This document shows, one piece after another, positions 26,785 through 40,618 of a DNA stretch of 64,000 nt. Made by a program: the position numbers and the translations under genes. Source of the DNA: Eledone cirrhosa (lineage: Eukaryota). The stretch is from positions 9,114,001-9,178,000 of the forward strand of contig OZ024750.1 in the NCBI GenBank assembly GCA_964016885.1. The letters run 5' to 3'. Within the stretch, counting starts at the first letter, position 1, and every line of letters begins with the position of its first letter. The notes under the pieces were generated by a model that saw only the letters and a program-made list of their open reading frames with translations, did not search any database and was not told the origin of the DNA.

Positions 26785-27345
26785 TTGTTACAATAAAACA
26801 CACTCAGTATACTCTGTTAAGTAGTTGGGGTTATGAAGGGCTTCCAGCCATAGAAACCATGCCAACAAGGTTTGAGAGGACCCTTCAGTCATGACACACA
26901 CAACAACTTTCCTAGTGCTGATTTCCCGAAAATGGATCCAGTAAAGTGGTTGTTGATAGGAAGGGCATCCAGTTATAGAAACCATCTCCAAAATGGGATG
27001 AGGACTCTTCACTTATGTCAAGGGCATGACAGCTCTTTAGTGTTGGTGACATGAAAAAATGTACTAAGTACAATCTGTAAAGTGGTTGGTGATAAGAAGA
27101 GCCTCCAGCCATAGAAACTTTCCAAACAAAGGGCCAAGAGGACTCTTGAGTTGTGTTAAAGACATGATATCTTCCATAGTGCTAGTGCCACAATAAAATG
27201 CACCCAATGCACTCTATAGAGAACGAAAGCATATGTAAGCAAGATGCAGCCCTTGACTCATCTGAGAGGTCAGTCACTTTGACTATACTGACTTGGTCTG
27301 TGACGGGCAGTCTAACCCTTACTAGCAAGGAAAACGATGTATTAT
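26785..27345 (+). repeat. Tandem degenerate Meta-domain repeats (3-4 units)
   Basis: gtaaagtggttg..gataggaagggcatccag..atagaaacc recurs at about 26815, 26940 and 27076. Confidence 0.6.
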
Positions 27346-27760
27346 GTGTGTAAGCTATATTTTTTTCACTTGAATTATTTGACTTGAAGAAAATTGGATG
27401 ATATAGTCCTCAAAAAATATATATTGCTGAAAGCTGGTAAGATGTTTAGCTTTTGGAGTGAATAAAAGAGTATTCAAATAATAAAAACCATTTCAATAAA
27501 CCCGAGGAGAGAACTTTCTTCTGTTACCTCAGGCAATCTATAAATACTTTACACAACAGTGTTACCCTCATACTTGTCTATAGCAGGGAATATCTTGGCT
27601 GATGGACCTGTGTGTTGCTTCTCAATACTTTGTTGGCTTCCTCTATGTTGTAAGTCTGCTTAAACACAGCTAACCACACAAAACAACAATAACATCAACA
27701 ATAAGAAGAATTTACTATTTCCATTTATTTCTCTATTCATGCACCTTGTTTGCATATTTG

Positions 27761-27801
<41 letters not shown>

Positions 27802-29139
27802 TCTGCAATAATATTGTACATAATTTGCTTTCTATTTTAACTTGCTCTTCTTCTTCACATGTTCACTCGCTATTTTCTGCACATATATTTGTTGTTATTT
27901 CTTGTTGCATTTTTTTCACCAAACATCATTACTTCCTATTTCATTTAATTTATTCAACATTGCATGGCTTAAATTATTAATTTAACTTCCTACACAATGG
28001 TTTCACTGCTCTTAATCAATCTGTTCCATTCATTGTTGGATTAGTGGCATCAATGCAAAGGAAAGTGTTATTATTCATATCATAGAAATAATAAAACTTT
28101 GCTTTATTTGATGCAGCTCATTATAATATAATACTTTGTTTCAGCTTTATTATTATTTTTATTATTTCTAATAGTTTTGTTGTTTAATTTTGTAAAGCAG
28201 AATTTTAATATGAACTATAATGTTTGTTGTTAGATTAAGCTGAACATGAGTGTTGTGATAATTGTAGCATATAAAGGTGTTAAAACTAGATTAATTTAGA
28301 ACAGATATATGAGAAAAAAGCAGGCTCTGTGACCTTGTAGTTCAAGTGGTGATCAAAGGTTCAAATTCTACCACAAATACTGCCTTGATCTACTTACATT
28401 ACTTAGCTGAAAAATGTGTACCATAAATCCCTATCAGCCCTTCCCTGCACTTTTGTAACAGCACCGTAGATTTCAAGAACCACAAGGCTAAAATCAAACA
28501 CTTAGTGTGCAAAAGCTGGAACTTTCAAATAAAATTCAAATAACTCTCCTATAATTACAAATAGAAAACAGTTAAAGTACCTGAGTTACATCACTGTTCT
28601 ATAATCAGAAGAAAGTCTTGCAGTAGAATGTGGGGTCTGAAAAATTACTAAGTGGGTGGGGATGATTATTTAAGACCTAAGAGTATGCAACAACGTCAGT
28701 TGTTGCTGCAATTTAAATACCATTTCACCATTGAAAATATTATTATCTAGGCTGTTATTTCTAACATATGTCAATTTTGTCAGGCATTGTATCTTTTTTT
28801 ATAAATGATGGTGATGATGATGATGATGCTAGTAGTTGCAATTGAAATCAGCTCTATTGATGTTAGATTTGTAATATTAAAAACTGTTACTCTGTTAATT
28901 TAATTAATATTTAGTTGATTATATTACTTAACTCATGTGATTTCTGTAAAATGTAATTTAGTATTTCAGAATAGAATTTAATATTAAATGTTTTAAAATT
29001 TCTAATATGTAATCTGATACAGCCTGTCAAATCTTTTCTAAGTAGCTGAAGTATTTTATTTATTAAATATTTGTTTATTATTAACATTGTTTGTCATGCA
29101 TATTAAATCTAATATTAATTCTAATATTTTCTTCTATAG

Positions 29140-29326
29140 CAGTGAAGAGGATTTTACATCCCATCTTTCAAAAACTGCCCACAAAGAAATTACTGAGCAG
29201 CTTATCAAAGATGGCTTCAATCTTGATCTAGAACCAGATGATGAAGATCTTGACCTTATTCCTCCACGTCCAATGAATGAACGATGTGTGTGTTGCAATA
29301 TGCATTCAAACTGCGCACTCCAATGA
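29140..29326 (+). CDS. FAM219A: FAM219-family terminal coding exon (SEEDF...EQLIKDGFNLDLEPDDEDLDLIPPRPMNERCVCCNMHSNCALQ*)
   Basis: QLIKDGFNLDLEPDDEDLDLIPP and the Cys-rich C-terminus are the FAM219 signature. tAGcAG acceptor, TGA at 29324-29326. Probably co-orthologous to vertebrate FAM219A and B. Confidence 0.93.
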
Positions 29327-30975
29327 ATGTCATACTAGTCAGATAAAACAAAAAGAAACCAAAAAAAAAAAGAAAAGAAAAAAAGAAAAAAAAAAGAGCT
29401 GTTTTGGAGATTGTTGCATTTAATTGGAAGTGAGAAGATTAGTGAAAAATTTTTCATTAGTTATAAATATTTATCTCCTTTCTTTCGCTGATGATCTGGA
29501 TATATTAGTATGAAAATAAACTCCAATCTCTTTCTTCTGAAGCCAGAGAAGGAGAAAGACAGAGAGAAAGGAGGAGAGAGAGAAAGGAGGAGAGAGAGAA
29601 AGAAAGAAAAAGAAGAGAGAGAGAGAAAGAGAGAGAAAGAAAGAAAAATAAGAGACAAAGAGAGAGAGAATATGGTGACTGAAAGATGTATAATACCAAA
29701 GCTGAAAACAAAACAAAACAAAACAAGACAAAAAGGATGGAATTATTTTACAGCAGCAGCAGTAGCAGCAGACAAATAAATAACCATTGAAAGTTCTACT
29801 CTAAAATAATGCAAAATGTTCAACTTCCTCCTCTCTTCCATGTTATAAACAATTTTTCATGTCACAGTTGATATATTCATGTTATAGTTGACACATTAAG
29901 TCCATTGGACCTGTTGGAGTTCTTCCCCTCATCCCTTCCATATCTGCTTGCTGACACTGTAGATTAGCAATGCCCTACCAGAAGTCTTTCATTCTTTGGT
30001 CATAATCTGCAGTTTTACTTTGTCTTATATTTCAGTCATATTTTCATGACTTTATTTAATATCTTATTTCATATGTCATGAAATTCATTTTGTTTTGTTT
30101 TTGTTTAGACATTTTAAAAAAAGATTGTTTATTTATATTATTAAAAAAATCTTTAATTATATAAGATATTCTGAAGCTTCAAGATAGCTTTAGAATTTAA
30201 CTTTCATGAAATATTAAAATTTTCTATTAAAATCTTTCTCCATTCTGTTAAACTATTTTGATTTTCTGTGCTGAATCCATTGTATTATCTCACTACAATT
30301 TTATTTCAGTATTTTAACCCTTTAGTATTTAAACTGGCCATATCAGGTATGGTTCTCATAAATTGTTTACTGTGAAAACACAATAGTAAATATAGAGTAA
30401 TGCAAATGCTAAAGAGTTAAAGAAAGTTCTGGATTGAATTAATAATCATATTAAGTGTTCTGTTGATTATGGATTATTAATTAAACTTTTTCATTGAAGA
30501 TTTTACCTTTACGTAGCAATATTTTTTTCTCTTTAGAATTATATAAGTTGCAAGATATTCTAATCAGACGTAGATCAAAGTCTTCCACAAATAAATCCAA
30601 CTGTAGCCTCATGCTAATGGATATTTCTATATTTTTCAATGTCAGTTTTTTTTCCTTCATATTAGAAAGTTATATATATTTTCAAAATAAATTATATATT
30701 TTAGATAATGAATATTAAATGCAATTGGATTACTACTACTAGTATACATTTCTGTTACAGTCCATAAATATGATTTAATTCACCAGCTACTACTATTACT
30801 ACTACTACTATTATGATGGAACCCTCCTCACAAAATAAAACCTTAAAAAAACCCCAGAGATATTTGTATCCATCATTTGTTGATATCAGCTTTATATAAA
30901 ATATAATATAAACTAGTTGCAGTATTTATATGTATTTTTTTTCTTTCCTCGTTTATAATATTTTTACAAATAAAC
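29327..30975 (+). other. Putative FAM219 3' UTR with GA-rich tract and candidate AATAAA signals
   Basis: Follows the stop codon. AATAAA near 29515, 29775, 30834 and 30968. True end unknown. Confidence 0.4.
30314..30420 (+). mobile_element. Internally deleted MITE M1, in the putative FAM219 3' UTR
   Basis: TTAA-CCCTTTAGTATTTA...AATGCTAAAGAG-TTAA. Confidence 0.75.
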
Positions 30976-32599
30976 ATTTTGTTGACACTCTGAGAATAGT
31001 TTGCATATACATTCAAACTATATCTTATTGAGTAATTGTGAGCAACCAAGACTATGGAAAGTATATTTTCTATAGCATCGGTAACTAGACTAATATTTTA
31101 TATTCAGTTAATATATCAAGATTGAAATAAAACCCTAAGAAAAGTTAAATAGATGAGTGCATAAATATGGTATGAAATGAAAAAGTCTACCTAAACAGTG
31201 CTGGATTTCTGAATAAAGTTAGTGATTAATTTGGCTTCCACATTCTGAATGCTAACAATAGTTATCATCCTTCTTTGTCCCCTTTTTCCATGCTGGCATG
31301 GGTTGGACAGGTCTTCTCCAGCATAGCATCTCACTATTTGTTGCATTTAAGAATGTCTTATAAATCAGTCTCAAGACATTGGAGTTATCGTCCGTTAGAA
31401 GAATTCTGGTTTTGAACTGATTTATTCAGTTTTTTTGTTTTTGTAAAGATATTTTCAACATCTCAGACATATATATTGTTGAAGTTCCACAGCTTTCTGT
31501 TACCACCAGTTGCTTTGTAGCCCTCTTCTTCTTCTTTGAACCCTATCTGGCGATTGGGGGAGTCTGTCCTTTCAACCAATACACTGCTGTGGGTACTACT
31601 GGTTGATAACCACCTTAGTTTGGTTTTAACATTGTTACTTGAACCTTTGATACCAAGTTTTCTGAAATCTTGATCTTGTTTATATCTTGCTCAATGAAAT
31701 GTACAAACCATTCACTTTGTATTGATGTTATGGTTGATTTTATCATCATCATCAAATAAGTTCTGGTTCTTCCTCTTGGTGAAATCAGGGATGCATTTAG
31801 CTCTTTAAATGATGCCTCATGAACAACAGTGAACATTCAGTTTGCTGAAATTATTGAAGACTGCTAGAAGGTTGATCAACTTGTAATTCCACACTTTGAT
31901 CAGAGTCTCCACATTCTTGAGCTTATTCCATGCCACACCTCTGCTGTTTTGTTAAATTAGAATCCATCCTTCTGGCAATATAGCAACAGTTCAGAGAATG
32001 CTTTTACTAATAACATGGTAGTTCCTTTTTCTGCTTTGTTGCCAGGAGACATTTCATGCCCTGATATAGCTTTACAGTTATAATACATCTTATATATCTA
32101 TATTTTGTGTTTGTAAGTAATGGAGAGGATGATTGGTGCAACACAAATACACCATTATAACCTAAGATATTTTGAAGTTTATAGTGAATTCATTCATGTA
32201 ACATCATTCCCCTTCTCACCTCTGCCACAACAAAAGCAGAAACAGCATTCTAAAGAAACCTAGATAACTGTAAATACAGTCTGCCATAAAAAGCTGCAAT
32301 ATTTGGTATCAGTGTTGGTTCAGTTTTAATGGATTCGATTTTATTTATTTTCAATACTTAGAGTTTATTTGGGTTTTAGATTTCAAGATTGTGAGATTAA
32401 AGCAAAAGAAGTGCTAAGCTCTTCAGTATTTGGTTAAGAGATTTTATTGTGACACCTGTTCAATTATTGTTATCGATGTTTGGTCATTGAATTATTATTG
32501 ATTCTCACAAATCTAGACAAGCCCAAATATTTTAGTCTCGCACATGCTAGCAAGGAAAATGGATGTTAAACACTGATGATTTAAGGGCTGTCATCGTTA

Positions 32600-32925
32600 T
32601 CACCATCATCATCATTACATATGTTTTTCCATGCTTGCTTGAGTTTGATGAGTCCTTTCTCTCCACTTGCTCCATTTCTGTGTCATCTCCTCTGGGAGTC
32701 TCAGCGATTTGAGGTCAGCTCTCATCACCTCTGCCCAGGCCTTTCTTGGTCTACTTCTACTGCAACTTCCATCCACTGGTATTTCCTGACACTACTTCAG
32801 CCATCGATCATCATTCATGCGCATCACATGTCTGTACCAAAACTGTCTTCTCTCCTGCAGGCCACCTCGGATTCCTCTTAAAACCAGCTTCTCCCTCATT
32901 TCATCCAAGCTCTGCTTTTCTCTCA
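32600..32925 (-). mobile_element. Decayed RTE LINE 3' fragment
   Basis: Minus strand reads approximately LQERRQFWYRHVMRMNDDRWLK..VDGSCSRSRPRKAWAEVMRADLKSL. Same family as 3655-3890, with tails also at 31265-31345 and 39505-39615. Confidence 0.75.
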
Positions 32926-35334
32926 AGAGAAATGTGAAGGAAAGAAAATATAATTACACAGACAATCAATAAATTTCTTTTAACATGATAAAAGCTTAAT
33001 ATATTTCCCTGTAGTGCTGGATAATACATCCATTCTAGAAGTGATTGCTTTATGCAGACACATAATTACGTGTGCATATGTTTGCATTAATCAATGCATG
33101 CACATTTACATATTGCTTGGTGATTGATCAGTTTGACATTCACATTCTATTGATGTGTGGTTCAGAAGTTTGCTTTGCAACCATGTTGTTCCCAATTTGA
33201 TACCACAGCATGTCACCTTGGACAAGTGTCTTCTAAAGTCTTAGGATAACCAATACCTTGTGAGATTAATTAGGTAGATGTAAACTATGTGGAAGCCTTC
33301 TGTGTATATATGTGTGTATTTGTCTTCAATCTGCATTTGACCTCATTTACAGTGGTAGTGATTATTGTTTGTTCTGCATCTCAGCAACTCAATGTGTGTA
33401 GATCAGTATGTTGCTTAAAAAAACAGGTGTTGTTGTCAGGAAGGATATAAAATACATCCCCAAAAAACTCATCCAACCCATGCTATCATATTCCTCAAAG
33501 ACCTCTTGTCCAACTCATGCCAGTATAGAAAAACAGACGTGATGATGATGATTTCTCATTCTCAAAGCTTTATATTTTAAATCCTGGAATTTATTCTGTC
33601 AATTTAACTTCAAATTGACCCCAACTGAGCAGATCTATGATCAAAATCACTCTGGCTATGACCATCTCATCTTTTATTCAAACGGTTTTCCCTGGACTAC
33701 ATTATCCAATGTGTCACTTTTTTTTTTTTTAAATGGGAGGTTGTGATTTAAGGGAGATCTGCCTTTTGGTGGTGCACCTGTATACAGGTTCCTTTTATAA
33801 GGTAACATCTTGTAGATGTATTAAGTGATAATGTTTTTTGCCTTTCTTCACCTCTAATACAACAGTTTCTTCAGTGAAGGTGTGATGTAGTTACTTTTTG
33901 TATTGTATGTAAATTAAGTGGTTAAAACAACCAACCACTTTAATGTTTATAGCAGTTTTCAAAGAAGAAAACCAGCTGTTACTTGTAAGCTCAAATAGTA
34001 AATAATTCATTCTGTGGGTCACAGCTGGAATTGAAGTTTTTACAGCTTACAATATATGGCCTTGTTCAATAAATCATTTGTTAGATATAATTGTGCCAGA
34101 CTGCTATTATTATTTTAGCTTTCATGATCATTTTAAGTAGTTTATTCCATGTTCAACTTCTTAAATCTGTAAATATCTGCTTATCTATATGTATGAGTAT
34201 ATGTTGTGAATGTTTGCACATAAAAACTTTCATTTGCTATTATTTTTCCAACAAATTTACAAATGTGTTTGGAAAGCTTCCTTATTCTTTGAAATTTAAA
34301 GCTAGCATATATATTTAATTGGTGCTGAAAATACTGGTTCCCATTAACTGAATGAAATTAAAGAGCATATTGATCGATACTACAACAAGCAGTTTAAGGT
34401 CATTATCTCTACTAAAGCAAGTGTTAGGTTTGTGGGCCCTATGACAAGCTTGATACTTATGGGTTCCTTTTTAAGGTAATATTTCACATTTCATTTTAAT
34501 GACATACAGGTATAAAATAAAAAGAGTAGCTATTCTAAATTGGATGCACATATTGTTTATCTGATGCCATATGAATCATAGGCCTCCTTCAGTCACAAAT
34601 AACTATAGTTTTGTTCCTAGAAAGTTCCCCCCTCCGAGGCACAAGCTTGGGTAAGATGTGTTTGTGGAAGACCAACAGTCATCCATACATGCCAGTTTCT
34701 CTCTCGATGCTGTCCAATACAAAGGAAATGGCTGATACAACTTGGCACCAGTGACATTACAACTCATTTCTGCAGCTGAGTGAACTGGAGCAATGTGAAA
34801 TAAAGTGTCTTGTTCATATCTCCTTATTTGTCCTAAATTTTTCAACCTTATCATTTGAATAAAACGATCATATCAGTGGTGTATTGTAGAGTAAGCAGCA
34901 AATGATCATAGGACTATTGTTATAGCTGATAAAATCATTGCTAGATGTAAAATTATCACTTAACTCCTAGTTATTTTCATATAATAATAATCTGTATCTG
35001 TGTGCTAGGTTTTGGTTCATATTTTGGTATTAATAAAGTTCCCGTTGATAGTTGTTTCATTTAAAAAAATATTTTTAGTACCAGTTATTAACTCATATTT
35101 ATTTCACTCTTAAGATCTTCTTATTTAAAGCATTTTTTAGTAGATACAAATTTGAAAGCTCATTTCAGGATTCTTGAAAGTGAAATAAAACATTATTTAA
35201 CAGGTTTTTTTTCAACTAGGTTAGTAGACCAAGCTATGAAAACAATACTAGAACGAATTGACCGACACAGATTTATCATTGTAACAGCTCATATAATATA
35301 CATCAACCAAATACATCCTCATTATAAACTGAAG

Positions 35335-35535
35335 GGTGATTAATTGGCAGAATCGGTAGAGCATTGGACAACATGCTTTGTGGCATATAGTTATGTCCCT
35401 TTACATTGAGTTCAAATCCTGCCGAGGTTAGCTTTGCCTTTCATCCTTACGAGATCAATGAAATAAAGTACCAGTAATGCACTGGGGTTGATTTAATTGA
35501 CTTTCCCCTCTCCCCTTGTGTCTATAGTAGAAATC
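35335..35535 (+). mobile_element. SINE family 1, long form
   Basis: ttggcagaatcggtagag A box, gagttcaaatcc B box, central domain. Confidence 0.85.
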
Positions 35536-36096
35536 TTTGTTTCAATGTCATATTTATTTATTACATTATATTATATTACATTGTTATTGATGTGTGTCAA
35601 GATACTTCTGTTCAGGTTATGCCGTCTACTATTGTTGTGGATCAGTTGAAAACTGATCAGATTTATAAATTTTATTGAAATTTTATTGATTTAAAAAAAA
35701 AACCCTAAAAAATACTTTGTCCGCCAAACTCCAAAGTGATATTACCAAAAATGAAATAAAATAAATATATATAAAAACATTGAGTACATATGTAAAATAT
35801 TGAAGTGATATCACTGCAGTTATGGTTCCCTAGAAACAACAAAACTACAACAAATATCTATATATCTATACACAGCATATATAATTATACATACATATAT
35901 GTAAAGCCAGGTTATCTCTGATCAAGACAAAGCGAGAGTGTATATATTTGAATACATAAAAAATGAGAAAACCCATTGTTAAAACAGCTAATGCTGCCAA
36001 TGACAGTGATGGGTGAAAATGCCTGAGAGGACAGAGACCAGCAGCCAGTGGTCAATAGAGGGAAAATCTATAAGGTGGGTGACAGGCAGTTGAAAT

Positions 36097-36440
36097 ATAG
36101 AAAAGATTGACCTCTTGCCATTTCAACAGCTAATTCCAGGCTGTCCGGAACTAGCTGTTGATACAGCAAGAGCTCGGCTGTTGGGCTCCAAATCTTTTTA
36201 ATATAGTCATACTCTACTATCCCAAGTATCGAGTGAACTGCTGAATAATGGTCTAATTAGTTCAACACTTGTTTAATCCTGATATATATAGGAAGAAAGT
36301 CAGGACCCGATGGCTGAGCTCTGCCCATTTTGACAGCTAGATCCGAACTAAACCAGTACTATTTACCCACTCTACTACCCTAAGTATCGAGTACTCTAGT
36401 GCGTTATGGTCCACCTGGTTTCCTACCTCACTTTCTTTGT
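36097..36440 (+). mobile_element. Two adjacent hairpin-plus-tail elements (subfamily B 36097-36282, subfamily A 36290-36440 lacking one arm)
   Basis: Both carry actctacta.cc.aagtatcgagt tails. Separated and flanked by (TA)n. Confidence 0.7.
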
Positions 36441-36914
36441 TTTATATATATATATATATATATCACACACACACATTATATATATATATATATCCAAAAT
36501 CCAGGGACTTCTCACTTCTGTTGGTTGAACCTCTCCCTGGTTGACCTTCAATGTTTCCTATCTCTGGTTACTTCGGGCATCAGACTATGTGGAGCATACA
36601 AACATCAGTTTTTATACATGAATTTTAAGTCATTGTTATTATTCTCGACATATGTGACTCTGTTCACTTGATATATTTATTTTCATTGCTATTAGTGGGA
36701 AGTAGTGTTAAATATAAAAAAGAAAATGTGTGTGTGGTACTGGTGGTGGTTGTAGTAGTAGTAGTGGGGGGATGTTTAATACTACTACTTGGAGATATCT
36801 TTTAATCTCCACCTGGTTTCTTAAATGTGACAAAAAACTGCTACATTACAAACACTATTAAACTGATAATAAAGATAATATTTAACACACCATCTGTGCT
36901 TCCAGATATGTGTC

Positions 36915-37090
36915 ATCATCATCATCATCATCATCATTTTACATCCGCTTTTTCCCTGCTTGCAAGGGTGGGACCGGAACTGATTCTAGCTTGATTTCTA
37001 CAGCTGGATGCCCTTCCTAACCAACCTCATTTACAGTGAGTGCTGGGTGCTTTTTTTGCCGTGGCACCTCCACGACCACTTTGCAGTGGA
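36915..37090 (-). mobile_element. Meta-domain SINE
   Basis: Reverse complement matches 40985-41130. (CAT)n tail. Confidence 0.75.
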
Positions 37091-37659
37091 ATGATAGGGA
37101 ACTCAGTCCCTATCATCTCATTTCTACAGCTAAGTAAACTGGAGCAATGTGAAATAAAGTGTCTTGCTCAAGGAAACAAGACCCTTTATTTCACATTGCT
37201 CCAGTTTACTCAGCTGTAGAAATGAGATGATAGTGTATATGTATATATAGATATATCTATGTATATATGCCGATATGTGTAGGTATATATGTATATATAT
37301 AGATATATGGTGTATATGCGTAGGTATATATATATACTGTTGTGATGTTATATATAATATAGGTTTAGTTGTACATGCAGGGAAAATTATAACCTCAATA
37401 CATAAAGAAGAGTGGTAATTATTTCTTATTTATATCTGTGAAACTACATCAGAAACTCAATGACTTATGGTTGGTGTCACATCACAACTACTCATATATA
37501 TATATATATAATAAGGGAAGAAGACAGTTTTTATTGTTTTTTTTTATATATCCATTTAATTCTGTTTCTATTTATTTTGATTTCATGTTTTATTTTTATT
37601 TCTATTTTTCCAGTCCTTTCTTGTTTTTTCTGCTAACTCCCCTCCTCATTCCCTACTAC

Positions 37660-37735
37660 TCTCATGATGAAGGACTTATGTCCGAAACGTCGTAACTTCC
37701 TCCATTCTCACCAAGCGTGAAGCTAATAACACTAT
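37660..37735 (+). ncRNA. Minimal hammerhead-ribozyme-like motif in a probable Penelope-like pLTR remnant
   Basis: aTGATGA-a-GGAC(ttat)GTCC-GAAA-CG-TC. C3 of the core is replaced by A, so probably inactive. Downstream aagcgtgaagctaata is shared with 41381-41470 and 53561-53660. Confidence 0.55.
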
Positions 37736-38486
37736 GTACCATTGATACATAAATTTAATTCACCAATTCAGTGAATGCCATCACCCTTGGGTAATATTTG
37801 TAGGGTCCAAGCATTGCTACTATGGATAACTTTATAGCTTGATGTAATTTTTCAACTGCTGAAATTAATGAGTTTTCACCCTGACCAGTCACAGAGGCTT
37901 TACAAATGGTCTTGGACATTGTCATTCCTCCTGTAAGCTATATAAAGGATATAGACATATTTGTACTGCTTTAAATTTACAGCTTATAAGCATATCTGTA
38001 TGAACTTATATAAACTACAAATAAAATTTCTATTTCAAACATTATTTATATATATGTGTATGTATGTGTGTGATTGTGTGTGTGCATATATATATATATA
38101 TATTTTTTGTTTTTTGTTTCCTTGTTAATTTTAAAGATGCCAACCAATTGTTGACCTAAAAATTTGACAATTGTTATGAAATGTTGACAAATGTTTGAAA
38201 GTTTATAAAAAGTGCGATAAAAGTTTTAAAAACATATATTGTTGGGTTCTCCCCCCAGTCACACTGTTTTGCAAATTTAGGTAAATATTGTTTACTATTT
38301 AATGTCAAAACTGAAACCTTGATAACTATAAAATATGAAGTGATTGGTTAAAATAAATCTTGGGTGCTCTCATGATAAAATTCTTCTCAAAATATATAAA
38401 ACTGATGCCTATTTAAAATTATGCTCCACATACACACAAACACACACACATGCACACATTCTTCCCTTCCTCTTTGTGAATGGGAC

Positions 38487-38715
38487 TTAACCCTTTAGCA
38501 TTTAAACCGGCCATATCTGGCCAGAATTCTCTCACCTCTTTCTGTTGAAACTGGCTGTAACTAGCTACTCATACTTATGTTAAGGTATTGTTCTCAAAAT
38601 AAATAACATCAAAATCTCATAGATTTGATATTATGTGAGATAATTATGTAAGATAAAGCCTTTACCACAAAAATACCATAGTATATACAGAGTAATGTAA
38701 ATGCTAAAGGGTTAA
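38487..38715 (+). mobile_element. piggyBac-type MITE M1, best-preserved copy
   Basis: TTAA TSDs at 38487-38490 and 38712-38715, perfect TIR CCCTTTAGCATTTA. Confidence 0.92.
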
Positions 38716-40576
38716 ATGGAATTCAAAGATATTTCAAAGAGAAATGGCCCATCCAATTATTCTATAACATTCAGTTCTGAACATTTGCTCAGTTCAGTCT
38801 TAGAATATACTTTGTTTTTAGAATTTTTTTGTTTGTTTGTTTCTAAAAATAAATAAAATACATGTCTTTTTATCTTTTTGTTTATTATTTTATTTGTTTA
38901 TTTCCACTTTCCCTGCTAGCAAGGGTTGGACAGGTCTACAAAGACCAAGTCAGTACTGAAACATTAGCTATTGATCTCTCAGATAAGCCAGAGATCTGTC
39001 ATCTCACTTATGTACGGTCACACATCCTACCGAGTGAACAGTAATGTGTTTGACACAACCAAGGATCCTCCCAACCCTTTGTATGGCATTTTACAGCATG
39101 TACTGGGTGTGTTTATCATGTAGATCCCCAAACACTGTAGAAACTGCCTTACCTTGACACAACTGAAGGGTCTTCCTGACCCTTTGTTTGGCAATGTTAT
39201 TATTTTATTTGAAATTTCAAATTGAAACAAAAAATAGAATATATTGATTTTCTTATTTTTAACTAAACCAACATTGAAAGCTCTTACTTTAAGAAAGAAT
39301 CATCATATCATTCATATCTTTTGGCCATCTTTCAAATTACCAATATTCAAAAACAAGTTAGGTCTTACTATGAATAAATATCGGTATTGTTATGGCTATC
39401 TTTTTAGCAACTTGGTTACTTTGGAAAGATTCCAGGTTTGTTTTATAATAGACATTTGTTTCAGAATCTAAAGAGATATTTGACATGATAGAATTTAGTT
39501 AATTTAGCTCATCATCATCATCATTGTTTTTACGTCCGTTTTCCCACAGTTGCATGGTTTGGACGGGTCTTTCTCAACACAGCATCTCTCCATTTGTCGC
39601 ATTCCTTCGTCAACTCCTTTGGTGGATAAACTAAACTATTAATGTACTTTATTGTTTCTGCTGTAAAGAGCTGTGAAGAAGGGAACATTAAAGTGGAAAG
39701 ACTTTTTCTGCTGGTTCCAATAGAAATGTTTACCATTTATAAAGAATACATATGGTAGGTGTTGTACAATAGAGAAAAACTTCCACAGAAACTGAGTCTT
39801 GGAACCACCCCATAAGAGATAAACTGAGCTATCACTGTACTTTGTTGTTTCTGCTATAAAGAAGGGAACATGAGTTGCATCAATCTCACCAGTATCTGAG
39901 GTGAAAGCAAGGGTCAGCAAGCACTGAATCTTCATTGACTATCTTATTAATCAAAGAAACTACACTATGCTGTCATCATCATCATCGTAATGTCCACTTT
40001 CCCTGCTAAAAAGAAACAGTCTGTTAATATGGAAAAAATAGATTTTTAAAGAATTTTAGAAAGAGAGACAAGAAATTTGAAAATCACCCAAAAAGAGAAA
40101 ATATTCTTTTGATGAGGAAATTAAGTAAATTTTACAAAATTCTGAAATATCTACTGCTGCCATTAAACTCATCATAACAGAGGTTTCTTATCTCAGAATG
40201 GTATCTTCTCAAAGATTTGTCTATTTAAATGAGATTCTTTGATGTTTATCGCTTGAACGGTAATGGCTAAACCTGGGATGGAAATCAATAATATAGTCAA
40301 AGTTCTTAATGCCTTAGAACAAAGTCTCTTTTACCACTTCAACCTTAATTAACAGGTATGATAAAGCAGAGGAAATGTTGCATCACCTGAGGGGATTGTC
40401 TCCCATTGCTATACCTCTAATGAGAATAGAACTAAGTTGTGTGTGTATGCATATATATATATATTTAATGTATGTGTATGTATGTATATATATGTAAGTA
40501 TATGTATATATATATATATGCATAGCAAAATTATAAAATTAAATTGTTATAGAATACCAACTACAAGTGAAGTATT

Positions 40577-40617
<41 letters not shown>

Positions 40618-40618
<1 letters not shown>

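Noticed and set aside
29510-29779. 89-aa Glu/Arg/Lys-rich ORF
   Set aside because: Translation of a GA-rich low-complexity tract in the probable FAM219 3' UTR
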